Below, one piece after another: positions 37,307-49,938 of a stretch of 64,000 nucleotides of DNA. The notes beneath the pieces are model-generated. The model saw only the letters and a program-made list of their open reading frames with translations. It did no database searches and had not been told where the DNA came from. A program made the translations under genes and the position numbers. Source of the stretch: Styela clava (lineage: Eukaryota); NCBI RefSeq assembly GCF_964204865.1, contig NC_135251.1, forward strand, positions 18,414,001 to 18,478,000, given 5' to 3'. How positions within the stretch are numbered: position 1 is the stretch's first letter; the number at the start of each line of letters is the position of its first letter.

Positions 37307-40300
37307 ATGAGTCACATAGATCCAGGCCCGCTTGCTACTTATGAAAGTCTAGCAGACCCTCATCTGACTGGGTACTTCAATAATTCTCGAATGAGAAGAC
37401 ATTTGAGAAAAATGGGTCTGATAACTAGTAGAGGTAACATTGTATCAGAAAAGGTTTTTCGTCTGAACAATGCTCGAAAAGAACACCAGAGGCATATTCG
37501 GGATGTGTTGGCTCAAGCTATAATACATAAGGCTCTTGATATGGAAAGACACAGACAGATGCATATTAAAAAGCAGCTTGAAGAAATTGGAAAAATTGAA
37601 CGAGTACGCAGGGTCCGTTCAGAAAGATCTCTTCGAGGTGATGAAGATTTGTTGCCACTACTTTCTCCAAGAATGAAGCACAGCAAAGATAAAAAGCATG
37701 GCAGGAAATCGAAAAGCAGGGAGAAAGTACCAATTTTACAGACAGTAACGGATAGCGATGATTATCAACAACAACCACCTCAAAGTGTGGGTTACCCAGC
37801 TATTCCGTCGGATACACCTTACAACACTCGTACTGACCGAATGAAAACTCAATATCCAGAAGTTGAAGTTGACAATCAACATCTATATGAGTTAGACAGG
37901 GATGCTTTGCGCTCTTTCACTCTCAATTTATCGCAGTTTGATCTTGGTAGTGGTGTGAGCCCATATTCTGTTCCTCCACTGGAGAAAACTGTCAAAAAGA
38001 AAGAAAGAAGGCGACCAGCAACAGCCACAGGTACAAGTGCTCGAGTAAGCATAAGAGCACCTCGCCCAAGATCCAATGCTAGATCACTGAAATTGCATCG
38101 CAGGGAGCCACCAATGATGCATAGAGCACAACTTCATACTTTGGCCCGTGTTACTTTCAAATATTTGGGTCAGATGGTTCACTTGGATCATGAGGAAGAA
38201 GATCCCAGAGATGAAGTTGTTGTGATGCAACAACACTGTGGAGGAGAAAATCTGCGTATTTTCAAAGGCATGTTAATGAAGGGAGATAGATTTGTTGTCA
38301 TTTCACGTAGACATCGTACATTCCCATTTAGCTTGACATTTTATCTCAACGGAGTTCAAGTGGAAAGATTGAGCACTTGTTGTGAGTACAAACACAAGCT
38401 TGGCCACAAGTTGGGTGCAAAATCCAGTCATTTTGGTATTGTCAAAGTCGACGGTTCTCAAGCTTGCTTCAAATGCTTGATAGCTCAAGGAAAGTTGAAA
38501 ACAAGGCCAGATCCTACTCCTCCTCCAACAGGGAAACCCAGCAAGCCAACAAGAACCAAGAGGAGACCAGCCAAAAGGCTACATGGAGTAGATGAGCAGA
38601 AGCCAGAAGAGTATGCTGATGACTTCCAAACATCATCAAAATCTTCAACATCTGAGGATGTTCAGACAGATGGTCCCAAAATGGCCTCAGATGAATCATC
38701 TTCTGAATTATCAGACACAGAATCGGAGAGTACAATAAGTGATGTAAGTGATTCGGAAAATGAAGATGCAAACCAACGTTCAGAATCTGAGAGTAGATTG
38801 TCATCGTTGAAGCCTGGTGAAGATGATTCATACTCATCTGATAGTAGTAGCGAAGATTCTCAAAAGAGAAGTAAACAAACAAAAAAGACCATGAAGAAAA
38901 GTCCACCACCTGCAAAAACATCAAAAAACCCAACTCCAGCTAAACAGGATCCACCGCAACAGAGGAAGCATGTTAGGAGCCCAGTAGAAAAGGAAAGAGC
39001 AAAAAGTCCCATAGAAAAAACAAGAACCCCATCACCAGTACAAAATGTCACTAAATCTGAGCAACCATCTATTCAGAAAGTTAACAAAAGCCCACCTCCC
39101 TCGTCCAATTCAGGAAAAGATGATATAGGGGGAACTTCTGCATCAGAGTCTTTGTCAAGTATGTCAAGCACTGATTCTGGAGATACTGTTGAAGAGGCAA
39201 TCAAACCAGAAACAGGGAAAACAAAAGAACCACAAAGGAAAACTCCTGATGTCAATAAAAATAACAACAATAGTAGCGAAATAAAAACAGAGACTGACGA
39301 AAAGCCCTCAACTACTGATGATCATTTGAATGGTACTGAACCTGTGGATGTTCCAAGACCTAAAACACCTGTAACAGCATCTGAATCAAGCTCTAGTAGT
39401 GATTCTGATAGTAGCGAAGCTGAGAGTTTTGAAAGCAAGTCTAGTGATGCTGAAAAGGGTTCAAAAGATGCAGATCAGAAAGAGAAAATTAATGCATCCA
39501 TTTTACCCCTTGTTCGAGGAAAAGTTACTGCTGATCTCAGTGGCAAGCAAATAACAAAATATCAGATTGAAGAACTAACTGAGTTTTTGGATAAAGATCC
39601 ATCGGCTCTTGGTATACAACAAATGTCACTAAAAGGCTGTGATGTTGGAAATGAAGGAGGAAAAGCAATACTAAAATCATTACTCAAAGCCAAGTCTCTG
39701 AAAAGCCTTGACATGAGCGGGAACAATATTACACAAGACTCTGTTGAGTTGCTACTTGATGTGTGCCAGAAAAATCCAGTTGATCATTTGTCTGTCGCTA
39801 ACAATCCTCTGGGTGACCATGGGTGTGAAGAACTGATTAGCGGATTTACAAGGTCCCAAGCAAATGTCGTCACAGCTCAAATTCAGAAAAGAGTTTCTCA
39901 AAGCCTAATTTCCTCAGTTCTAAAAGATTCTCGAAAGGAACTCGGTGATGAAAGTGGCGCTGGTATGTCCAGTTCTTCAAGCATGTCAAGCTTGGCTTCA
40001 ACAGCTGTAACAGAAACAGTTTTTCTACAAGATTTGGATATTTCCAATACCAAGGCAGGACATGGTACTTTTGTTAGTCTTGGCTCGTACTTAGCACTAA
40101 ATCCTAAAGTAACAACATTGAATTTGAGCGGAAACTCGATAAGTACAACAGCTTTGGAATCCCTGATAAACTCTTTAGGAGATGGCAGCAATAAAAATCT
40201 CCGAATTTTGGGCATGAACAGCACAACAATGGACAACAGACATGCTGAATTAATAGCAGAAAAACTCACCGACAAATGTCGATTATTAGAACTTAGTGTA

Positions 40301-40934
40301 AAAGGTAAGAAAACCATGAATTTTGATGTGCGTAGCCCTAGGCTAAGTATTTTTGAGCCACAGTGGATTCAATGTTTAAAATTAGGGTAAGCCACTGCAA
40401 TGCAAAAATTTTCGGGGCTCAGATTTTTGAATTCTAATAACTAAGACTAATATTGAACAATACCATGATTGCCTGTGAACTGGTTTTGGACAGTATTAAT
40501 TTTATTTGTAGTATTTGAATTTTGGACAGTATTAATATTTTCAAAGTACTCATTACTGCTACTACTTACTGATTACTGCATATGATTTTGTGATTTTCAC
40601 ATCTTAATGGTTTGGTATTCTTTCCAATCTGGACTTCGAGTTCAGACATTCTTTTTAAGAAAAATATGCCAAATTTCACTCATGAAATTGGATAAAATTT
40701 TGAATATCTTGGAACATCTTTCTTAAATAGATTAATTTAAATCTCAAAATTCTCTTTAAATTTCTGGACTCAATGACTCGCTCGTTATGCTTCGATTTGT
40801 CATTTACAGTTTTAAGTAATTTATTCATTATTATTTGCATTTTTCCAGGCAATAGAATAACCAAAGAAGGAATTGAGAAACTTGAAGAATATAAAAGAAA
40901 AAACAATTCCCTAGAAACATTGATTCTTGAGTGA
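37307..40934 (+). CDS. ERICH3: ERICH3-like protein (DUF4590) with a low-complexity linker and C-terminal RI-type leucine-rich repeats; join(37307..40304,40849..40934), ~1027 aa
   Basis: MSHIDPGPLATYESLADPHLTGYFNN..RRHL..GLITSRG and QQHCGGENL..RRHRTFPFSLTFYLNG..CCEYKH..CFKC match the ERICH3 N-terminus and DUF4590. Donor AAG|GTAAGA (40304) and acceptor TTCCAG| (40848) complete the last LRR (LSVKGNRITKEG) up to TGA. Confidence 0.9.
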
Positions 40935-43900
40935 AAATTATGTTACTGTTAGCAGGGTTTAATTACCCATTATTCAGATAACAAAACTGATGTTCAGTAC
41001 TGAAGCATGTTGGTGAATGTATAAATACTCTGTGAAATTTTGAAGCAAAATCATTGGAATAGCTGTGTTTTTACTTCTGTTCTTTTGGGAAAAAAGATTG
41101 TTTGTGAACCGTGTTCTGGCAAAATCTCATAAATATTCGTTATCTCATACAATAAGATCATGCCATTTCTAAGCATCTTTCTGGGTATTTTTGTGTCAAA
41201 TAATCCAAAACATAGATGAAAAGGCAGTTATTCGGAAGATATTTCAGAATCCTCAATTTTGAAGTTGAAACTGGTATTGGTGATCGCTTCGAGTTTTTGT
41301 CCACATGCTGCAGCATTTTTGAATTGTAAATATATTGTACATAGAATAATGTGAATATCAAATAGATTTTATGTTTTTTCTTCATTTTTGCTTATTTTTA
41401 ATGTAGTATCACTGTTTTAGCTTGTGTTCTTCATTCAATTGCACATTAATTTTTACAATAATGATATTTCTGTTTATTTTCCAGTACAGGTTTTTGCTGC
41501 ATTTTGTCATCACTGGCATCAATTTTATGTATATTAGTATAAGGTAGTCTTCTCTGATTACGTTATTACATTTTTCTATTTTATGAGGGAAAATATTTGT
41601 TAAATATTAATAATGATAATCTTTTTGAATACAAAAACATGTGTTACGAAAGCTGAGCTATTGGTTACTTTCAACATGATAGTACACCTAGCACCATAGC
41701 TTATCCTCTTTGTTTGTTGATTTGATTGTCACAGGTCACGAATAATAAATTCATATCTTCGTTCCTACATAAATATTGTTTGCAGACATTGTCTAGCGAC
41801 CTTTATATTGTTTGCTCCTTCATTGATGTTTCAATCTTAGAAGACCACAAGAATATGCTTGTACCATAGATAATGATTTTCTAACAGTTTATTTTCCCTC
41901 ATTTCTCTTGCTTGGCTCAACATAATCATTGTGATTGCACTATTTTTATCCCAAAGATCGTTAGATGGTGTAATATTAGTTTGGTGTGTAATTTCTTCAA
42001 GTGTCTCCCTGAGATTTTGATGATGGTAATAAAAATAGAAGACGTACCTATTGTTACATCTTAGATGTGTTTTATTACCAATTCTAGTATGATTGATTAC
42101 AGTATGAATATTTTATAATTTACGCTCCTATCTATTTTTCGAAACGAAGCATTCAAAACAGAAGAATAATATAATGCCTCCTGCTGTACGATCTTCTATC
42201 AAATAATAATCATTTCTTTCAAATCACCTTCATGTTCGAGCAAAATTTGTTTAAAACCTCCCGATTTTTATGTAGCATGTACCTTCTATATTTATCAGGG
42301 TACATTCAACCAACTTTTGTCCAAAATTGTCTAAGCAACTGTGGAACTTCACTTCCTGTTTTAGTACATTATCATAGTGATGAGCTTGTTATAGTGTTTT
42401 GTTTATACATTTGTAATTTTAACTTGCATATGAGTGGCAAATACTTGCAGATATTTGTAGTTACGGTAGTTTTCAAGATATTGTTTTTTATATTGTTTAC
42501 CATAATTTATAATCGCTTTAATGTAAAACTTTATCCCCATTAATTTGTCATTAGCTCTGTTCAGGAATGAAAAAATTTAGCAACAGTAGTTGGTCTATAT
42601 TTCTGAATAAATATGGATTCATCAATTTGACATTTATGTCTTAAAAGCTAGGTCGATGCCTGTATGATGTTTAGTTGTCTTCATATTTTTTAAACCTAAT
42701 CAAAAATCGGATTCAAATTTTTCTTTGTTTGGTTCTGTTAGTATGCTACTTTAGAATATTGTAGAGGAACACGCCACCCCATATCATTAATCTTCAAGTC
42801 TGTTTTAATATGATTTATAACACTGTGTTGTTGCATTTGCATTGCAATTATTCGAATCAAATATTATATTTTCTTTAAATCCTGGTCAGAGGATTTTCCT
42901 GATTTATGCTTTACTGTTCATTGCCTATCTACGGCTCATATCTATAGGTCATAACCAAATTGATTAACATTACAAATAAGTCTAAAATATTATTTTTGTT
43001 GATCATGATGATTATCTCTGTATTATGTTTGAATGATGTTTATATTCAACGTCTTATCTTAGAGAATAAATGTTTGAATTATTGATCTCATATGCTTGCT
43101 GCAGGGAAATAAAATGCGCAGGCGCTGAATTTATATTAGGGCTACAGCAGTGCACCTTAGAATCGACATTCAATTCGAATAAGTCGTAGCATTCTGGGCA
43201 AATTAGATGAATTTTGAAAACAGTTCAAAACCAATGATACCAAAAATCAAGAGATTCGCTATTAATTACCCAGACAATTGCAATTGAGCACCGAATGACA
43301 CGTCATTAAGTTCGTGAATTTCACTGCAATTCTATAAAATTTCTGATTTTGCCACTCAACATAGCAATTAAAGATGCTTGTCATATCAAATCATTTGTTC
43401 CACCCTACTGAATAGTTACGGGTATTGTGTAATTGTATATCGTTTTACACTTGCGTCTCCAGCATGACATGTAATCTTATATTTAAGAGGAGCGAATTTG
43501 GAATGATCAAACACGATTCAAACGAAGCCCTCGAAAACGACACATTGATGTTACGTTTACATGTTACGGCAAAACATATTTAAAGAGTAATAAATGATTA
43601 TAAAAACAAATACAAAGGCGTCATTCGTGGTGTATTCAAGTCCTAACACGACGTAGGCTATTTCCAAAACAATAGCATAATGGTTTGTGTGTCAGAAGGT
43701 TCCCGGTTGACACAAAACAAATGAAACAACCCAACCAAACAATAGGGAAGGGATTCAAGGACAGCGTTAATCAGGTTTCAAATTTTGAAGTCAGAACGAC
43801 ACTACAACGCATGTGACTTGGTAAAAACTTATTTATCTTAAGACAAATTTACCCAATCCTGAAAGGAAAACTCTTCAAACGTTTGCCAAATGCAAAATTA

Positions 43901-44403
43901 TTGCAAATATTATTCCTAAAACCAATACATCTCATCATGCATCTGCAGTATATGTATGCATATTTGTCATTTTGTAGACCACATATAGTTGTGCGCCTTA
44001 TGTCTTAATTACTCTCATCCCTATTTTAGCTATTGTACCCAGATTTTGTTTCTGCCACCTCTGCGTAAGTTGGCAGTGATGTAGCTCGGACTCGCAGCCC
44101 TCTATTCTCGTTTGGCTGTCTTCATAGAACGAGTGCTTTGTGCCACATGGATGTAATCTGTTTGAATACCTTGTTTCTATCATCCTGCGTAATTCTTCGT
44201 TCACAGAATAAGCTACAAACGAAACTGTATGATTTTCGAAAATTTTTTTGGTGTTGAGCATATGAAATATTGGGAAATAACCATCGCTGCAACAGATTTA
44301 GCTAATTGCGTCCATTCATTCACTTATTGTTATCTGGCACCATATAGCGGCATGCATATTTAACAGGCATGCGTTCAACTTGTAGAAGTATATTTGATTA
44401 GAT

Positions 44404-46095
44404 CAGTGGTTCTTAAAATCTTTGAGTCGCGCCCCCTTTGAAAAATTTTATAAAATTCGCCCCCTCCCCCCATTTTTTTTCTTTGAAAATCTGCTTTTCG
44501 CAATGGGCTGGTTGTTTTATATTAATATGGCGCTGTAAGAGTGTTGGTCTCATAGCGTCATTGCTCTGAATGTTTATTAGGCTAAAAACGCATCGGAATA
44601 CAACTTCGCCATTCATGGTCGTATGCATAAAGCCATACCAGTGGTCATCATACATTCTGGTAAAGTTAAACTAAGTTTCAGGTGAAACTAGGCACGCAAC
44701 AAACGTATGCGTACGTACGTATGTATTTTCTGCTTGGAAGTTCACTTAAGACACGTAAAATTTCAATCCAATGTTTACTTCATCACTATTGAGCAATGCA
44801 AAAACTATCTACTGTGTGTTAAAAACACACAATAATAACAGACTTTTTGGCTTGCCTAACGTCTCCAAAATTCACTATCTATACCCTTGGACAACCACCA
44901 GGTTCAAAAACCCAGTTTATAAAATGGAGAAGTGTAAATCAATTTATGTACATTTTTAGCAAAAAGAAAAAAAGTCCTTTTTCTAAAAAGTATCATGCAT
45001 GTGGACGATTCCCCGACATTGACCACTGAAAAATAAAGTAAGAATGACGTTTGCGATTGCATTTTGTTTAAATATCCGATTGTTTTCGTCTGCCGCGACA
45101 GATTAAAAACACTTTCTTAGACCTTGCAAAACTTATAAATTCCTCGTGCTTGCGGCACACCTGTAATGTTCTGAAACCACCGACTTGAAATAAATTCGTC
45201 TCCCTTGGATTTTATCACAAACTTGGGAATTTCTCTAACAATGATATCTGAAAATCAATCGAGTGGCAGCATTGCAATGGCGCGGAGTAAGAGCTGTAGC
45301 GAAAACTCATATTGGTCTAATTTGCAGGAATATGAATCAAAACAAAATGTATTCTGTCAGTTTACAACACATTTTTATGTCCGCGGATTGCTGTGGTATT
45401 TTGGGGTAGGGGTGCTTTTATTTTATCAAAGCAATCGCAAGTTAATTATATACAATTAAATAAATAAAGCAAGCATTTTAAATATGTATATCGGTCATGG
45501 ATCTAATATTTTATTCAACCATCTCAAAAACCATTACATATCCGTTGAAAAAGTCGGCTCTTCTAACGAGTGACATAATCTCAATGACTGACCCAGGGGC
45601 CAGGAGCCGTATCGCGGAATTTCGGGGAGATAAATATACATTTTTGATTTACTAATAAACTTTACATGTATTCTCATTGTACTAAATTAATTATATATAC
45701 TTTCTGGTATTTTATTTTACACCAGATCTTTCTAACGACGATAAGGAATTCGCATGGGCGCAATACATATCAAAACTAAATATAATCGAGCAATTGATTA
45801 TCACTGATTGATTGATTATTATCATTAGCACATTATTATGTCCGCATATTGGCGTGGTATTTTAGATCGGTAATGAGTTTTTTTGTCGTCGACGCCACCG
45901 CAAGTTACCTTGGACACAAATGAATTAAAATAGAGAGACATTTTGAATTCTTGTAGTTGTCATAGATTGAATATTACGAGACAGAAAAATTTATTATCAT
46001 GTGAAAAGACCGGCATTTTTAACACAACGCGGAGACCGTTTTTAGGAGCCGTTGCATGGAAATTTCCGATTCCATTTTGTGACCTCTCGCCCACC
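44404..46095 (-). mobile_element. Inverted relative of 32238-33725 with a Buster/ZBED5-type BED-finger remnant
   Basis: Starts CAGTGGTTCTTAAAATC and resembles the reverse complement of the first copy at both ends. Minus ORF 44655-44413 (YDD..YGF..CVF..SNDAMRPTLLQRH..K) resembles the Buster transposase N-terminal zinc finger. Confidence 0.78.
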
Positions 46096-48979
46096 CCCGT
46101 ATATTTCCACCAGATTTGGCAAGAAAACTTCTAGGACTTTTTAAATGACACTTTAATCACTTTAAACATTACCCACCGCTCGATGTCGACTTATGTGAAA
46201 AACAACGGATGTATTTTCAAGTAATCCTGTTGTACAGTCGTGATATACTCGGATTAAAAGAACCACTGGAGCAAGATTACAAAACCGTATGATTATTGTA
46301 CATCAGCAGTTTTGCATATTATTTGGCATTTAATACCTCAGTAATTCTTTTGAAACCACAATCGACACGCGACACTTACGTTTAAAATTATGTTACCAAA
46401 CTATTAATATTATTAAATTATGTATAGGTAGTTGGTAAGATAAATGGTTTAGTTCATTTGAGTTTCTCTGTTTAAATCTATTACAGTCTATTACTATTCC
46501 AACAGTAAACAATAGCACAAAAACAGCCAAATAATCACGTTATATTAAAGCTGTTTTATTTTTATTTCCAAGTTCTATTTACGAAGCAAGATAATATTGG
46601 GGCAATTAAAAGGTCAACAGTTTTGCATTTAACAACACACAAGAACTTCAGCTTGAACTATGTAGATGTTATAAAAAAATTATCAATACTTCAATTAAAA
46701 TCTAATTATATTTGTTGTTATTGAGGAAAATTACAACCAAAACGTGGAAACAAAAGTATTGCATTGCAGTCAATTATTAACTTGAGCACAAACCACAACA
46801 GTAGCCTACTCGACTAAAGTTTCGTGTGAGATTTCTAAAACGATCATGACATTGCATTATTTCAAATTTTACCAAGAACTACGCTACATAATAATTTTCG
46901 ATTTTGGGATCACATGTGAAAACTTCTTTCTATCTATGACATCGCATTATTTGACAGTTTAACAAGAACTACGCAACATAATCATTTTTAATCTTGGGAT
47001 AAACTGTGCAGACTTCTTTCAATCAGCCACTAAAATGTCATGGCTTGGTATATGACACGTGTTGACATTTCAATTCTTGTTACAAAACCTTATAAATCGA
47101 AAAATATTTTTTTGTAATTACTGGTGAAAAAATGTTTTCGGAGAAATTTGGATACATGAAGTTCTTTTAAAATGTCAATTCTTGAAATTGGCGAAGGTTA
47201 TGAAAGACAAAATTTCGACCTCTCTGATCTTGCAATAAATAGCATTGCTGACTTCTAAATCTCAAGTCTAAGGTCACGTCAAGTCATATATTTACTTATA
47301 CTTCAAGTTTAGCGGCAAGGCTGATTTCCCAAACCTTAATTTTTGAATCCGATCAAACGTATTTAAACGGAGTTTAAAATTGAGCCACCACTGGGTGGAG
47401 TATTATTCGAGTAACAAATGTCTACAAAATACCAATCTATTTGAGAGAAACAATTTTAGAATAAAAGTATTCTATATTTTTCTGGCTTTAGGTAATATAG
47501 AAACCAAACTTAGCTGAATGATATACTTCTTCTATTTATGTATGAAAATGTCAAAATGAAACTCATTTTCCGTGAATGTGTGTAAGATGTTCAAGTAGAT
47601 TTTTAATAACCAATAACTTAAAATAGAAATGCTTTCATTTATTTTGTGCTTCATATTTGTCAAGTGCAGACCACAAATGTTTTCTGACTCATATCGTTTG
47701 GGTTATCAATAAACTTTTCTTTGGACAGGCAAATTCCAATCATATACCAATAGTTTTTTCATCAATCCGTTACGACAATGAACCTAAAATGCACTGATTT
47801 GGTTGGGTTTTGATGACGAATGCGCTGAATTCTAAGTTCCAAATAGGCCATGAATTAATTAATTTTTCTAGAGTAAACACGAAAATATACAAACCTAATA
47901 CTGTGGTTGAAAACAAGATTACTCACTTACCAATACCGAAAATCTATGCCCCAGGGCAGTATTAGGGGTTTTATTTTAATTTATTTCAGAGAATTACAAA
48001 GTTTCGTTGGTAAATTGAAAAAAGAAGTTTAGTTTATCGGGACAAATAATACTATCAAAAATTCTCGTCGTTTACATCACCATTTCACAGAAAATATATC
48101 ATTTGATTCCTTCATCTACTAATACTATAGCTTCTGAAACTGGGTTTGGTAAGTCAAGTCAATGATCGAAGATATCTGCTCATAAAGCACATACTGTGGA
48201 AAAAAATTCGTATCAAAGTTTACCTAAAAAAAAGAACTAAACTCTATGATGATGTTTGTAAGAACACACTTCATGTCCAGGTGAAAAATGCAATAAGCAG
48301 TGCAAAGCTTCCGCAACGACGGAAGACACAAACGGCAAAAAAAACAGAAGTTCTCTCGATACATTGAATCAATTGTTTAAAGTAAATTTCAATCTATGGA
48401 GAATATGTTGAAAACTAATAAAATCTGCATTGCTGGTTCCTACTTTATAAAAAGTTTTACAAACAAAAAATGGTTTAATTATGAAAAGTGGTTCTATAAT
48501 TTTTGGATCATTTTGTCGAGCGTGTTGTTACCCCTCCTGTGAAGTTTAGAAAGCTTGGAATATTCAAACTGCGGTGGATAATTTTCTTTGACGTACCTGA
48601 TTTTAACAGATAAAATTATGGGTCTATTTCTTTTCATTTGCTACGCTCGTTTACACATAATTCTGTCACTAGTATGAAATTAAAAATCCTCAAATTTTTG
48701 ACATTTCTAAAATACGTTTGTTTTTTAACATTTTTGAAAAAGAAAGAACATTTCATATATATATAATTCTTAAATTGTAATTTCTAAATTTAGCATAATT
48801 TTTGAAAACAAATGTATTAGCATTTTCGTTTCTGAAAATAATTATGATGGAGAGTTATCGTGGCAGTATTTGAATGAAAAAAAAAATTGCCTGTACCTGT
48901 ACAGATTTTTGTGGATGCCGTAAAATATAGGCTATTTTATAAAAAATATCAGAAAGTTGTTTAAACTTAACTGGAATTA

Positions 48980-49938
48980 CCGTATTTCCCGGCGAATAAG
49001 TCGCTTTTCTAGACCCAAATTTTTGGCCTGATTTTTGGGGAGGTCGTCTTATTAGGCGAGTATGATAATTTTCATATTTTTGGTGTCGCCTTATCATTCA
49101 ATTCGGCCGATAAAATACCTTCGGCGATAGCATCCCCTGACACGACTATGATATATGTATATAATACCGTAATGTAAAGTATATTTAATTCATTTTTTTC
49201 GACATAAATTTTACTCGGTGAGATATTATCGCTGACTAAGGTTTTTTCCTACCTGAAATACTCAAAATAACGAGTGGCAGCATTGCGATAAAGCGGAATT
49301 GTTGCAGAAACAGCTCAGATATGTTTTTAAATTGCAAAAATACAAATCAAAACAACACATAATCGTACATGTTTATGTCCACGGATTGCCTTGGTAACTT
49401 AGTCTTAGAGCATTGATACTATTTATATTGTTCCAATGACAGATTGAATTGATCACAATTAAATCAATGAAGCAACACATTTCGTTTTGTGGAGATTTCC
49501 AGGTGATAAATATGTATGTTTCATATATACACTACGTGTATTTATTTATACAAACTAAATATAATCAGGTAGTTTATCTCACATTATTATGTCCGCAGAT
49601 TGCGGTGTTATTTCAGATCGGCAATGTTCTTATATGGTGGACGCAATCGCGAGTTACATTGAACACAATTAGATTGATATTGGAAGATAGTTTGAATTCC
49701 CGTAGTTGGTATGGATTGAATATTACGCTATAAGAAAAAGTCATTATAGGCAACCATTTCAACCAATGCGCAAACGCGGCAACCGCTCAAAAGCTTTTGA
49801 ATGGTAATTTGAGAATCCGATGTTGATGAGGTTTTACTACCCTTTTATTGGCAGGTTATATGCAAAAACCCATTTTTTTCAGGCGAAAAACGGGCCTCGT
49901 CTTATTTGCCGGGTAGACTTATTCGATGGGAAATACGG
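48980..49938. mobile_element. Tc1/mariner/pogo-type MITE
   Basis: TIRs CCGTATTTCCC..GAATAAG / CTTATTCG..GGGAAATACGG flanked by a TA duplication. The corresponding site TTAACTGGAATT is uninterrupted in copies B and C. Confidence 0.83.

Noticed and set aside
41500-42600. Coding-like minus-strand stretch downstream of ERICH3
   Set aside because: Many stops and no recognisable motif; possibly a very old retroelement, but unsupported.
43998-44261. 87-aa ORF with a GTKHSF motif, vaguely transposase-like
   Set aside because: Too short, and I cannot assign a family without a search.
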